DNA of 54,578 nucleotides from an uncultured Leptospiraceae bacterium (GCA_964501965.1 CAZCVM010000002.1:1-54578); one strand, 5' to 3'; positions 10,440 through 20,815 are shown, counted from the stretch's first letter. Translations and numbers: made by a program. The notes: generated from the sequence alone by a model not told the origin.

Positions 10440-11900
10440 ATGGGAAAACCAACTGGATTCAAAGAATTTGATCGAGAATTGCCTGGAAAAAAAACTGTAG
10501 AAGAAAGAATTCGAGACTTTAATGAATTTATTAAACCTTTTCCAGAAGAAAAAATAACTCAACAAACTGCACGCTGCATGGACTGTGGTGTGCCTTTTTG
10601 CCATGCTGGTTGTCCACTTGGCAATATTATTCCTGATTGGAATGATCTAGTTTATCTAGGTCTTTGGAAAGAAGCTTTGCATCGACTCTTGGCAACAAAC
10701 AATTTCCCAGAATTCACAGGCAGAATATGTCCAGCACCCTGTGAAGAAGCTTGTGTCTTAGGAATTACAAACCCTCCCGTTACAATAGAAAACATTGAAT
10801 ATACCATTATCGAACAAGCTTTTGAACAAGGCTGGATATCTCCGAATAAACCTCTACAAAGAACAAAAAAAAATGTAGCTGTTATAGGATCAGGCCCAGC
10901 CGGCCTTGCGGTGGCTCAACAATTAAATCTAGCTGGTCACAATGTCACAGTGTTTGAAAAAAATAAAAATGCCGGTGGGCTATTGCGATATGGCATACCG
11001 GACTTCAAATTGGAAAAATGGGTGGTTGAACGACGTATCAACCTTTTATTACAAGAAGGTATAGAAATTAAGACAAACATACATGTTGGCTTCAATTATC
11101 CCACTGAAAAATTAATGGAATATGATGCAGTAGTGTTAGCTGGTGGCGCAAGAAAACCACGGGACTTAAATATTCCAGGCAGGGAACTGGAAGGAGTTCA
11201 TTTTGCGATGGAATTTCTTTCTCAGCAAAACCGCTTAGTTTCTGGAGAAGATTTGGGAACCACACAAATACGGGCAGATAAAAAAAATGTCATTGTTATA
11301 GGCGGAGGTGACACTGGCAGTGACTGTATCGGAACATCTATCCGACAAGGCGCAAAAAAAATCCTCAATTTTGAATTGTTTCCTCAGCCCACCAATGAAA
11401 GACCTGAAAATCAACCTTGGCCTTATTATCCAAATATTCTAAGAACAAGTTCTTCCCATAAAGAGGGATGTCACCGTGAATGGGGCATCAACACTAAAGA
11501 ATTTATTGGCTCCAGCGGCAAAGTAGAGCAAATAAAAACAGTGAAAGTTGAATTTATTGCTAATGAACAAGGAAAAATGCAAATGCATGAAAAACCTGGC
11601 ACAGAACAAATCTGGCCAGCAGATTTAGTTCTATTAGCAATGGGCTTTACCGGGCCCATCAAAGAAGGATTGCTCACGGATTTAAACATCAAACTTGATG
11701 AACGAGGAAATATTAAAACCAATAATGAATATATGACAAATCGACCTGGCTTTTTTGCAGCAGGCGATATGCGCCGAGGTCAATCTCTGATTGTTTGGGC
11801 GATTTCGGAAGGACGGGAAGTTGCTTATCAAGTAGACAAATTTTTAATGGGGTCATCCAAATTGCCAAGAAAGGGTAGGGGAGACTTGCCTCGAGCTTAA
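10440..11900 (+). CDS. gltD: Glutamate synthase small subunit (NADPH)
   Basis: 486-aa ORF with Fe-S cysteines (CMDCGVPFCH, CPAPCEEAC) and dinucleotide folds (VAVIGSGPAGLA, VIGGGDTGSDC). A GGAGA ribosome-binding site precedes the start. Confidence 0.95.
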   Translation: MGKPTGFKEFDRELPGKKTVEERIRDFNEFIKPFPEEKITQQTARCMDCGVPFCHAGCPLGNIIPDWNDLVYLGLWKEALHRLLATNNFPEFTGRICPAPCEEACVLGITNPPVTIENIEYTIIEQAFEQGWISPNKPLQRTKKNVAVIGSGPAGLAVAQQLNLAGHNVTVFEKNKNAGGLLRYGIPDFKLEKWVVERRINLLLQEGIEIKTNIHVGFNYPTEKLMEYDAVVLAGGARKPRDLNIPGRELEGVHFAMEFLSQQNRLVSGEDLGTTQIRADKKNVIVIGGGDTGSDCIGTSIRQGAKKILNFELFPQPTNERPENQPWPYYPNILRTSSSHKEGCHREWGINTKEFIGSSGKVEQIKTVKVEFIANEQGKMQMHEKPGTEQIWPADLVLLAMGFTGPIKEGLLTDLNIKLDERGNIKTNNEYMTNRPGFFAAGDMRRGQSLIVWAISEGREVAYQVDKFLMGSSKLPRKGRGDLPRA

Positions 11901-11936
11901 TTGATCAAAAAAAAAGATGTTACAAAGGACGCTACA

Positions 11937-12350
11937 ATGATAAACAAAATTGACCATATTGGCATAGCAGTGGAGAGCATTGAAAAAGAATTGCCTTATT
12001 ATCAAAACATTTTGGGTTTGGAATTAGTTGGAATAGAACAAATTGAAAGAGAAAATGTACGTGTAGCTATACTTAAAATTGGAGAAAGCTATATTGAATT
12101 GTTGGAAAGCACAGACCCGTCAAGCGCAATTGCCAGACATATACAACAACGAGGTCAGGGCATTGCACATATCGCATTGAATGTAAACAATGCTGCGCAA
12201 AGCCTCAATAAATTAAAAGAAAACAATGTGCGCCCCCTGAGCGAGACCCCTATGAACGGAGCACATAATTCAAAAATATTTTTTACACATCCCAAAGATA
12301 CTGGCAATGTATTGTATGAATATTGCGAAAAATCCGACAAATTAATTTAG
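11937..12350 (+). CDS. mce: Methylmalonyl-CoA epimerase (VOC/glyoxalase fold)
   Basis: IDHIGIAV...YIELLE...GIAHIAL...FFTHPKDT is the VOC metal-ligand pattern of the epimerase family. The track ORF opens at a TTG (11901). The ATG at 11937, preceded by AAAGGA, is the more likely start. Confidence 0.75.
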   Translation: MINKIDHIGIAVESIEKELPYYQNILGLELVGIEQIERENVRVAILKIGESYIELLESTDPSSAIARHIQQRGQGIAHIALNVNNAAQSLNKLKENNVRPLSETPMNGAHNSKIFFTHPKDTGNVLYEYCEKSDKLI

Positions 12351-12385
12351 CGACAAAAAAAAGCAAATAGCAAAAAGAACATAAT

Positions 12386-13378
12386 ATGCAATATCCAGAA
12401 AAAAGAATGCGGCGACTACGTCGCAGCCAAGCACTACGCAAACTAAATCAAGATATCTATATAACTCCCAGTGATCTTATATTACCAATTTTTTTGGACG
12501 AAAACCTCCCTAATAGGAAGGCCGCTTGCAAAGAAGTGGTATCAATGCCAGGCGTATTTGTTCACAACATAGAAAGTGCCAAAAAAATATGCGAACAAGC
12601 AATAAAATACGGCATTCCGGGGGTAATTCTTTTTGGTATTCCTAAATACAAGGATGAAAGCGGCTCATCCGGTGATAATGAAAGCGCAATAGTTGTAAAA
12701 TTTATTCAGGAAATGAAAAAAAATTTTGGTAATGATCTGGTAACAATAGCGGATTTGTGTCTATGCGAATATACTTCACATGGACATTGCGGCATTTTGA
12801 CAGCTTCGGGAGAAGTTGACAATGACTTGACATTGAACCGTTTAGCTCAATTCACATCTTTGTACGCAAATACAGGTGTAGATATTATTGCTCCATCCGG
12901 TATGATGGACGGTATGATCCAAACCATTCGTAAAACATTAGACAAAAGCAATTTTATTCACACATCTATTTTATCCTATGCTGTCAAATATGCTTCTGCC
13001 TTTTATGGACCATTTCGGGATGCAGCTCAATCCACCCCATCTTTTGGTGATCGAAAAAGCTATCAAATGCCCTTCAATAGACGATGGGAAGCAATGGCAG
13101 AAGCAGAATTGGATGTCATGGAAGGAGCGGATATACTCATGGTTAAGCCAGCCATGCCGTATATTGATATTGTCCAGCAATTATCCCAATCATTTTCTAT
13201 GCCTGTCTATGCGTATCAGGTCAGTGGAGAATATTCAATGATCAAATACGCTGGCAAGCAAAATGTCATTGATGAAAAATTAGTAATGATAGAAAGCCTA
13301 TACAGTATTAAACGTGCCGGGGCCACAGCCATTATCACCTACGCAGCCCTGGAAATTGCTTCAGAAATTACATCTTAA
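12386..13378 (+). CDS. hemB: Porphobilinogen synthase (delta-aminolevulinate dehydratase), Zn type
   Basis: 330-aa ORF with the Cys-rich Zn site DLCLCEYTSHGHCG and the Schiff-base lysine regions (VKPAMPYIDI, YQVSGEY). Confidence 0.9.
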   Translation: MQYPEKRMRRLRRSQALRKLNQDIYITPSDLILPIFLDENLPNRKAACKEVVSMPGVFVHNIESAKKICEQAIKYGIPGVILFGIPKYKDESGSSGDNESAIVVKFIQEMKKNFGNDLVTIADLCLCEYTSHGHCGILTASGEVDNDLTLNRLAQFTSLYANTGVDIIAPSGMMDGMIQTIRKTLDKSNFIHTSILSYAVKYASAFYGPFRDAAQSTPSFGDRKSYQMPFNRRWEAMAEAELDVMEGADILMVKPAMPYIDIVQQLSQSFSMPVYAYQVSGEYSMIKYAGKQNVIDEKLVMIESLYSIKRAGATAIITYAALEIASEITS

Positions 13379-14174
13379 TAATGAAAGCACTGTTATACGG
13401 CGTTTTCTTTCGTATTGTTGATAAATTTTTCTCCAAATATTTCATAGATTTTCCTGCTCCCACAGAAACACGATATATTATTCTACCAGTTTCATTTTTT
13501 TTGGCAGATATATGTCCCGAATATCCAATTTTTTTCAACTCTGCGACAACCTTTCTGGCTCTTTTGGTATCCTGAAACGAAGCCAATTGTATTTGATACC
13601 CTCTTTTTATTGGATATTTTTTTTGTGCATTATTCTTTTCGCTATCCATTTTTTTTCTGGTAGTTTTATTGTTTGTTTTTCTCGATGTGCCAATTACCTG
13701 ATTGGAAGATTTATTTTTTTTGGGTCGCGTAACTAAATTTTCTTTTTTAAATTCATAAATCGGCAAATCGGATCCATTATTATTTTTTAAATAAGTTTTA
13801 TTTTTTTGCTTCGAATTGCTTCTTTTATCAGAATCTATCGAAGAATTTTGAATCAAATCAGTTTCGGATTTTGAATCTTTATTTTCTGGTAACTGCACCT
13901 GAAATAAATCTTGATTTTGATTTGGTTCCTTTGCATTATTTGCTGTCATTGTATTCAAATTTGTTTGTGTTGAATTTACCCCAATATTTTCATATACTTT
14001 TTCTTTTGACTCTCCTACAAATAATCCAATAAAAAAAGTACCGGAAATTATTATTATGGCGGCAAAACCAACAATAACCAATCTTAAATTGTCCAAATGC
14101 AAAGAATAGACATTCTTTTCTGCTGCTTCCTTATCTGCATCAAAATCATTATAATGGGACATTGTTTTCTCCAA
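13368..14174 (-). CDS. Membrane-anchored SPOR-domain protein (septal peptidoglycan binding)
   Basis: 268-aa ORF with an N-terminal TM (LVIVGFAAIIIISGTFFIGLFVG) and a low-complexity N/K/S-rich linker. The C-terminal segment YQIQLASFQDTKRARKVVAELKKIGYSG...YRVSVG is typical of SPOR. Confidence 0.7.
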   Translation of the reverse strand: MEKTMSHYNDFDADKEAAEKNVYSLHLDNLRLVIVGFAAIIIISGTFFIGLFVGESKEKVYENIGVNSTQTNLNTMTANNAKEPNQNQDLFQVQLPENKDSKSETDLIQNSSIDSDKRSNSKQKNKTYLKNNNGSDLPIYEFKKENLVTRPKKNKSSNQVIGTSRKTNNKTTRKKMDSEKNNAQKKYPIKRGYQIQLASFQDTKRARKVVAELKKIGYSGHISAKKNETGRIIYRVSVGAGKSMKYLEKNLSTIRKKTPYNSAFIIKM

Positions 14175-14191
14175 GTTTTGAAAATATATTA

Positions 14192-14812
14192 CTACGATTC
14201 GTTGATTTTTTCCCAGATTCTTGTTACCTGTTGTTGCAAATCAGACAAAGAACCATGGTTATCTATAATATAATCGGCTAAAGGTATTTTTTCATTAAGA
14301 GGAATTTGTTTTTCTATCCGACTTTTAATTTCCTGTATTGTCAAATTATCTCGCTGCATGCCCCTTTGAATACAAATTTCTTTGGAGGTATTAACAACGA
14401 CAACAATATCAACCCATTTTTCCAATTTTGCCTCAAACAACAAAGGAATATTCAAAGCAAATTTTGTATCAGGATTGCTTTTATTTTCTCGTTCCATAAT
14501 TTTCTTTGCCGCAGATACTATTTCAGGATGAGTAATCGCATTCAATTTTGCCAATTTTTTTTGATCTTGAAAAACGATATTTGCCAATTTTTTGCGGTCA
14601 ATGGTATCATTTTTGTTCAAAATTGAGAAACCAAATTGATCAATAATTTTTTGGTAAGCTGTATTGCCAGGTTGCACAATTTGTCTAGCTACAATATCAA
14701 AATCAATGGCAAAAGCACCCAATTGAACAAATTCATTTGTCACTGTACCTTTTCCGCCTGCATATAATGAGGTTATTCCAATTTTCGTGATTTTGCCCAT
14801 TTTTTCTTCCAT
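14192..14812 (-). CDS. coaE: Dephospho-CoA kinase
   Basis: 206-aa ORF with a P-loop-like GITSLYAGGKGTV and CoaE-like blocks (FDIVARQIV, ITHPEI, PLLFEAKLEKWVD). The P-loop carries an unusual insertion relative to GITGGIGSGKS. Confidence 0.7.
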   Translation of the reverse strand: MEEKMGKITKIGITSLYAGGKGTVTNEFVQLGAFAIDFDIVARQIVQPGNTAYQKIIDQFGFSILNKNDTIDRKKLANIVFQDQKKLAKLNAITHPEIVSAAKKIMERENKSNPDTKFALNIPLLFEAKLEKWVDIVVVVNTSKEICIQRGMQRDNLTIQEIKSRIEKQIPLNEKIPLADYIIDNHGSLSDLQQQVTRIWEKINES

Positions 14813-14928
14813 TTTTATGCCCTGAAAATTGTCTTAAAAATAATTTGTTGTTGCCATCAAATCTTACTTCTTCAGATACTTCAAAAATCATTCCATTAAA
14901 AAAAATTAAAAAAGTGTAATTAGCATAA

Positions 14929-16110
14929 ATGAAAATTGAACAATCATCTGAAAATGTTACAATTATCGAATTTGAAAACAAAACAATTCATTTAATTGGC
15001 ACAGCCCATATATCACAACAATCGGTAGATTTAGTTAAAAAGACTATTACAAAAATCAACCCCGATAAAATATGTATTGAATTGGACCAAAGCCGGTATA
15101 CCAACCTTACCAATGAATCAAAATTTGAAAATATGGATATTTTCAAAATAATCAAAGAAAAAAAAATGCCTTTATTCATTTCACAATTCTTTCTCTCGAT
15201 ATTTCAAAAAAAAATGTCCGAAAAAACAAATAGTAAACCTGGACAAGAATTTATCACAGCGATAGAAATTGCACAGTCGCAAAACATTGATATTGAATTA
15301 ATCGACCGCGATATATCCATCACATTAAAACGTTTATGGAGATTATTATCATTATGGCGCAAAATGAGATTATTTTTTTCAATGTTTCTTTTCGAAGATG
15401 AAGACATAACTGAGACAAAAATCGAAGAACTCAAAAAAGAAGACATGTTAAATGAATTGATTCTTGAACTTGGTAAAGATTTCCCTGAAATAAAAAAAAC
15501 TCTTATTGAAGAACGAGATTTATTTATGACACATCAAATACAAAAATCCACAGGTCAAGTTATTGTTGCCGTAGTGGGAGCCGGACATGTTCCGGGAATG
15601 TTAGCATTATTTCAAAATAAAAAAAATATTGCTTCTGAAGAAGTTGACAATATTAGTCTTGTTCCGGCACGTTCCATTGCGTCTAAAACCATACCCTGGC
15701 TTATACCTCTACTCATTTTTAGCATCTTTGCTTGGGGGTTTTCACGGGGAGATTATAATAAAGCATTGGATGCCATGTATGCTTGGATTATAATCAATGG
15801 CACGCTTTCTGCCATAGGATGTGCTTTAGCATTGGCCCACCCATTAACAATATTGATTGGTTTTATTGCAGCTCCCATCACCAGTCTCAATCCAACGATC
15901 GGAGCAGGTTTTGTTACTTCCATTGTGCAGACATTTTTAGTCAAACCTAGAGTCAAAGATTTTCTTGAAATCAAAGAATCCAGTTTTTCCTTACGCCAAT
16001 GGTGGAAAAACAGATTAACAAGAATTTTTTTAGTTTTTATATTTTCTTCTTTAGGATCTGCTGTGGGCACATGGATAGCATTGCCTTATTTGACACAAAT
16101 ATTTAAGTAA
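14929..16110 (+). CDS. TraB/PrgY-family (Tiki-superfamily) protein with a C-terminal multi-pass membrane domain
   Basis: 393-aa ORF with HLIGTAHISQQSVDLV...ICIELD and VVGAGHVPGM, followed by several hydrophobic helices. Confidence 0.7.
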   Translation: MKIEQSSENVTIIEFENKTIHLIGTAHISQQSVDLVKKTITKINPDKICIELDQSRYTNLTNESKFENMDIFKIIKEKKMPLFISQFFLSIFQKKMSEKTNSKPGQEFITAIEIAQSQNIDIELIDRDISITLKRLWRLLSLWRKMRLFFSMFLFEDEDITETKIEELKKEDMLNELILELGKDFPEIKKTLIEERDLFMTHQIQKSTGQVIVAVVGAGHVPGMLALFQNKKNIASEEVDNISLVPARSIASKTIPWLIPLLIFSIFAWGFSRGDYNKALDAMYAWIIINGTLSAIGCALALAHPLTILIGFIAAPITSLNPTIGAGFVTSIVQTFLVKPRVKDFLEIKESSFSLRQWWKNRLTRIFLVFIFSSLGSAVGTWIALPYLTQIFK

Positions 16111-16231
16111 TTTTTCATTACATTTTCAATAACTATTACCAAGAAATAAAAAGCGGGAACAAGCATCACTACCGTGGATAAACAAAAAAAAGATGTTCTT
16201 AATATATCACGGATATACATTAAAATATTAA

Positions 16232-16903
16232 TCAACGTAAAATATTCCATATACTAGAAAAAACATCTAAACTCTGATTATTTACTGCTTCAATTTCCAA
16301 CAAATCTGTGGAAAAGACACCGATTGTTGTCATTGTAAGCACATTGCTTTTGCCGATAATATTTAGATAATTGCGTTCAAAGAAAACTCCTTCTATAGCA
16401 GTATTGCCCATAATATCCGGCACATCCTTTAAAAAATAATTTAAATCCAAATACAATGTTTCTCGCGATAAATCTGAAAAAAAAGGCGCATTGCTTTTAT
16501 TGAACTCATCAAGAACTTTATTTCGTACTCGCTTAGTCCATTTTGAAAAAATATTGAGCCAATCAATTTTTCTTTTATTTCTTTCTTTGATAATAAAATC
16601 ATCTACAGAAAAACCAATGTATTGCCCATTTATATGTTTCATTCTTAGCTTAAAAGCAAAATCTGCATCTTTAATATGCAAAAAATTTTTGAAATACTTT
16701 TTATTGACAGTGGCTTTACCCCGCACAAATCCATATTTGGGACTTATATGAATTCTTAAAAATTTCAATTTTCCCGGTTTATTTTGAATTTTTTTCTCGA
16801 TAATTGCATTGATTTTTTTTTCAGAAATCCTTATTTTATATGTATGCTTATACAAAGACCCTAAAGGATTGAAAAAAACATTGCCTATTTCAGGAATTAT
16901 CAT
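16232..16903 (-). CDS. Hypothetical protein, 223 aa
   Basis: Long ORF in an AT-rich background, with no motif I recognise. Confidence 0.5.
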   Translation of the reverse strand: MIIPEIGNVFFNPLGSLYKHTYKIRISEKKINAIIEKKIQNKPGKLKFLRIHISPKYGFVRGKATVNKKYFKNFLHIKDADFAFKLRMKHINGQYIGFSVDDFIIKERNKRKIDWLNIFSKWTKRVRNKVLDEFNKSNAPFFSDLSRETLYLDLNYFLKDVPDIMGNTAIEGVFFERNYLNIIGKSNVLTMTTIGVFSTDLLEIEAVNNQSLDVFSSIWNILR

Positions 16904-16921
16904 AATAAATTTTTAAAATTA

Positions 16922-17548
16922 TCAAATTTTTTTAACAAACGCAATTTGACTCAAAAAATTATTTTTTTTTGTTTCTGATCTTTGCACCTTGTTTTCAAAT
17001 GCTTTTGTATTCAACCCACATTGAATTGCCACGCCATGAAATGCAATAATTGTCGACATTAATATGGACGAAGAACCCAACATCGCCCAATGTGGAGCTC
17101 TAAATTTCGTAGCATCTGCTGAAACTCCATTCAAAACATAGTACAAAGAAACCCCTGTGTAACTAATTATGAATGTAAATGGTAAAGAAATAAAAAACAT
17201 TATTTCAAATCTTCTAACTGTAGATTCTTTTTGTTCCTTTACATGGCTAAATTGAAAAGAACTCATTGAAAGCAAACCATCATCTACATTTTGTGAATAA
17301 AATGAAAACAACGGGTCCAATGCAATAAAACCCTTACCTGGATATCTATTATATGTATAAGATGTATCAGCAAAATTCATAGAAAGTGTCCCTAGTTTAG
17401 TGAAAAAAAATTGCATTGAATAGCTAAGTCTTCTTTGTTTTAAGCCAAAAGCATCTGCCTGAGCATACCCATCAGACACCAAAACAATAAACAAAAAAAA
17501 TATAAAAAAAATAGAAAAAAGTGTTTTTTTGTGCATTTTGATTTCCAA
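16922..17548 (-). CDS. Hypothetical membrane protein with a signal peptide
   Basis: 208-aa ORF with a signal-like N-terminus (FSIFFIFFLFIVLVSDGYAQA) and two internal hydrophobic helices. An alternative start is the Met at 17536. Confidence 0.55.
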   Translation of the reverse strand: MEIKMHKKTLFSIFFIFFLFIVLVSDGYAQADAFGLKQRRLSYSMQFFFTKLGTLSMNFADTSYTYNRYPGKGFIALDPLFSFYSQNVDDGLLSMSSFQFSHVKEQKESTVRRFEIMFFISLPFTFIISYTGVSLYYVLNGVSADATKFRAPHWAMLGSSSILMSTIIAFHGVAIQCGLNTKAFENKVQRSETKKNNFLSQIAFVKKI

Positions 17549-17663
17549 AAAAATTTATCTAAAATAATTATATATTTCTTATCATGCCTAGCGTTCACGA
17601 ATAATCCAAATAACGATCTAAACTTTTGTACAAAATTGAATATTCTGCACAAAACACATACAA

Positions 17664-18536
17664 TCAATGCGAATCCAAAATACTTGGATGCAAAAAAGCA
17701 ATCTTTTTGACCACATTATTGTCTCTTTTTGCAGGCTCCGTCATAAAAGAAGTCAAAACATCAGTCTGACATTCACAAGGTCTGGTCTGAACAAGTTTCA
17801 TTATTTCCAGTACCAATTTCTGCGCGTTTTGTGAATTTTGAGATAAATAATATATTACTTTTTCCGTTGTAACGACCTCTTCTGTTTCACGCCAACAATC
17901 ATAATCTGTTACCATGCAAATAGTATTGTAGCAGATTCCTGCCTCTCTAGCCAATTTTGCCTCAGGCAAAACTGTCATATTAATAACACCTGCACCCCAA
18001 GAGCGGTACAAATGACTCTCCGCACGAGTGGAAAACGCAGGTCCTTCCATGCAGACAGATGTTTCATTTGTGTGCATCTTCAATCCTGCGTTCTGAGCAG
18101 CCTTTACCACCAAATGACTATTTTTTGCACAAAAAGGATCGGCAAAACTAATATGCCCCACCATTCCCTGGGAAAAATATGAAGCATCTCGCAATTTTGT
18201 ACGATCAATAATTTGATCTATTAAAACGAAATCCATGGGCATCAATTCTTCTTTCAAGGACCCCACTGCACTAAAAGCAAATATTTGCTCCACGCCAAGA
18301 CTTTTCATTGCCGCCAAATTTGCTTTGTATGGAACATCTGTTGGCGTAAAAAAATGTCCTTTTCCATGGCGTGCTAAAAATGCAACTTGTTGGTTTTGTA
18401 TTTCAACGACTTGAATACTGGCTGATGGTTTTCCCCATGGCGTATCAATTTCCAACGATTCTATTTCTGATGCACCAGCAAAATTATAAAAACCACTGCC
18501 ACCAATTATGCCTATTTTAATTTTATTCTTTTTCAT
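17664..18536 (-). CDS. mtnP: S-methyl-5'-thioadenosine phosphorylase
   Basis: 290-aa ORF with IGIIGGSGFY, FLARHGKGH, VCMEGPAFSTRAES and INMTVLPEAKLAREAGICY, which are PNP/MTAP family blocks. Confidence 0.85.
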   Translation of the reverse strand: MKKNKIKIGIIGGSGFYNFAGASEIESLEIDTPWGKPSASIQVVEIQNQQVAFLARHGKGHFFTPTDVPYKANLAAMKSLGVEQIFAFSAVGSLKEELMPMDFVLIDQIIDRTKLRDASYFSQGMVGHISFADPFCAKNSHLVVKAAQNAGLKMHTNETSVCMEGPAFSTRAESHLYRSWGAGVINMTVLPEAKLAREAGICYNTICMVTDYDCWRETEEVVTTEKVIYYLSQNSQNAQKLVLEIMKLVQTRPCECQTDVLTSFMTEPAKRDNNVVKKIAFLHPSILDSH

Positions 18537-18569
18537 ACTCTTCCTTCATAACAAATATCATTTATTGAA

Positions 18570-19382
18570 TCATCCATTTGATTGATAGACTTCTTTTTCA
18601 GTGGGAAAGTCAGATTTTTGAACATCTTGAATATAATTTGAAATTGCCTGTTGAGTTTTCTCATAAAAATTGTCATATTTTTTTACAAATTTAGGAGGAT
18701 TTTTCGAATACCCTAAAAGATCATGCAATACCAATATCTGTCCATCAGTATATCGACCTGCACCAATGCCAATTGTAGGGATCATAATTGACTCTGTGAT
18801 ATCTTTAGCAAGTGATTCCGGCATGCCTTCCAATACTATCGCAAAAGCACCTGCTTCCTGGAGATAATGCGCATCATTCTTAATCTCATCATATCTAGCA
18901 GATTCTTTTCCCTGAACCTTATAACCACCAAAAACATTTATCGATTGAGGAGTTAATCCCAAATGTCCCATAAAAGGTATTTGGGCTTGTTGCAATGCTG
19001 GCAATATTTTAGATAAATTCTTTTCGCCACCCTCCAATTTAATTGCTTTTGCGCCGCCTTGCTGGATCAACCGCCCTGCATTTTCAATTGTTTTTTCTAT
19101 GGATATATGATAACTCAAATACGGCATATCTGCTATTAATAATGCTCTATGAATGCCTCTTGACACAATCTTTGTATGATAAACCATTTGATCCATTGTA
19201 ACAGGTAAAGTGTTGGGTAGGCCTGCAATTACATTACCCAAGCTATCGCCAACCAAAACTCCATCAATACCGGCTTCATCCACCAGACAAGCATGATTAT
19301 AATCATAAGCAGTAACCAGGCATATTTTTCTGCCTTGATTTTTCATTTCAATTAAATTTGTTGGCCACACCATTTTACCCAT
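18570..19382 (-). CDS. panB: 3-methyl-2-oxobutanoate hydroxymethyltransferase
   Basis: 270-aa ORF with VTAYDY, DGVLVGDSLGNV, ADMPYLSY, KLEGG, GHLGLTPQS and IGIGAG. Confidence 0.9.
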   Translation of the reverse strand: MGKMVWPTNLIEMKNQGRKICLVTAYDYNHACLVDEAGIDGVLVGDSLGNVIAGLPNTLPVTMDQMVYHTKIVSRGIHRALLIADMPYLSYHISIEKTIENAGRLIQQGGAKAIKLEGGEKNLSKILPALQQAQIPFMGHLGLTPQSINVFGGYKVQGKESARYDEIKNDAHYLQEAGAFAIVLEGMPESLAKDITESIMIPTIGIGAGRYTDGQILVLHDLLGYSKNPPKFVKKYDNFYEKTQQAISNYIQDVQKSDFPTEKEVYQSNG

Positions 19383-19484
19383 TGTTTATTAACCTATTTC
19401 AAATACGATTTACTTAAAAAGGCACTCAGCCTGAATACCTTTCCATGAATCAAGATATTCAAACTGAGTTCAAGCGAAATATTT

Positions 19485-19916
19485 CTAATGCACGGATTCT
19501 GTGCTATTTGCATTCGCTGACGGACCCTGCCTTTTGGGTATAAAGATAATATTTTGCGCAACTATCTTCACTCTAGATTTTTTTTCTCCAGAATCATTGA
19601 CCCATCTGTCCTGCCTTAACTTGCCTACAACAATCACCCTGCTTCCCTTATCCAAATACTTTGAGCTGGATATTGCTTGCCCTTCCCATGCTTCCACATC
19701 AAAAAAGCTAACACTTTCTTCACTGTGATTGCTTGCTAAAGCGAAATGAGCAACACTTTTTCCGCTCTTTGTTGTATTAAGCTTTGGTTTTGCCACCAAA
19801 TGTCCTTCTAGTGTTATGCTATCCAAAGCCGGAAACACCCTACCTGGACGATTTTTTTTATCATCCACTGCAGGTTCTTGTTGATTCCAATCCATTTGAG
19901 ACTCGTATGCTTTCAT
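19485..19916 (-). CDS. ssb: Single-stranded DNA-binding (OB-fold) protein, atypical
   Basis: 143-aa ORF with an OB-fold core: ITLEGHLVAKPKLNTTKSGKSVAHFALA...FFDVEAWEGQA...YLDKGSRVIVVGKLRQDRW. It has an N-terminal extension of about 35 aa and no acidic DDDIPF-type C-terminus. Confidence 0.7.
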   Translation of the reverse strand: MKAYESQMDWNQQEPAVDDKKNRPGRVFPALDSITLEGHLVAKPKLNTTKSGKSVAHFALASNHSEESVSFFDVEAWEGQAISSSKYLDKGSRVIVVGKLRQDRWVNDSGEKKSRVKIVAQNIIFIPKRQGPSANANSTESVH

Positions 19917-20026
19917 TGTTTTTTCCTTATCACATTTTTTTTTACTTTATGTTATATTATTAATAAATCTTCTTGTACCTTGTTTTGTCCCAATTTTTAC
20001 AAAAAAAAATTTTTTTTCGAGGATAT

Positions 20027-20686
20027 ATGCACAAAAAGTCACATTTAATTTCTTTTGGAATAGTTATTTTTATATCTTGGGCATTATTAATACAAAAAGG
20101 CTGGTCTGCTTCAAAAAATTTAGATTCTGAGACCAATGGCTTTTTTATTGGCATTTCACAAAATACTTACAAATTTAAAAACACAGAATCAGCTACTGGA
20201 ACAGGCTGGCAAGCAGGCATCATCCAAAAAACAGAAAAAAGACCCTATGGCTATTTAACTGGATTATTGTATTTCGAGCACATCAAAACTACGGGAAACA
20301 TACCAACATTGGGCCAAACGGAAATTGTCTCGAATGATATTGTATTTTCGTTATGGTTAACCCATATTTTTTTAAAAAACAGTATGATTTCTCCGACAAT
20401 TAGTGTTGGCCCGGGATTCATTTTCAAAATCAAATCATCACTAACTCCAATAACAACAGAAATTGTCGAAACAAATAAATATGAATACAATGAAGTAATG
20501 TTTGATTTAAAAGCTCAATTGGCATTAGGTGCTTATATCAAAATAAACAAAGGTTTGTATCTCAATCCTCATATTGTTGGGAGTTACAATCTTTTGAACA
20601 ACAATAAACTGGCTGAACTCTGGGGCCTGAAAGAAGAATACAATTTTAATTTTTTAATTGGTTTAGTTTATTCGGTGCAGTATTAA
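20027..20686 (+). CDS. Small outer-membrane beta-barrel protein (putative)
   Basis: Signal peptide from the Met at 20027 (MHKKSHLISFGIVIFISWALL), alternating hydrophobic strands and a C-terminal aromatic residue (VYSVQY). The track ORF begins 54 nt earlier. Confidence 0.55.
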   Translation: MHKKSHLISFGIVIFISWALLIQKGWSASKNLDSETNGFFIGISQNTYKFKNTESATGTGWQAGIIQKTEKRPYGYLTGLLYFEHIKTTGNIPTLGQTEIVSNDIVFSLWLTHIFLKNSMISPTISVGPGFIFKIKSSLTPITTEIVETNKYEYNEVMFDLKAQLALGAYIKINKGLYLNPHIVGSYNLLNNNKLAELWGLKEEYNFNFLIGLVYSVQY

Positions 20687-20815
20687 TCTATCAACATTTC
20701 ATAATACTCAATAGAGAATATTTTACAGCACTTGTTTTTTAATAGGCATTTTTCATATTCATGCCGAAAATATGCCTAAAGGTATAAAAACAAGAACATT
20801 ATACAGGATTTTTTA

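Noticed and set aside
14733-14981. 82-aa minus-strand ORF bridging the coaE start and the traB start. A similar case is 17440-17667, bridging two gene ends.
   Set aside because: These ORFs span intergenic promoter regions and overlap well-supported genes. They have no motifs and are likely spurious.
17884-17899. A parS-like string TGTTTCACGCCAACAA.
   Set aside because: It matches the parS consensus at only 12/16 positions, with one half-site destroyed. It lies inside the mtnP coding sequence and is probably coincidental.
20740-20770. Sigma-28-like -10 element GCCGAAAA (20763-20770, 7/8 to GCCGATAA) upstream of fliN.
   Set aside because: The nearest TAAT/TAAA-like -35 is 19 nt upstream instead of about 15. 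The call is too weak to make without a transcription start site, though it might still be worth testing.
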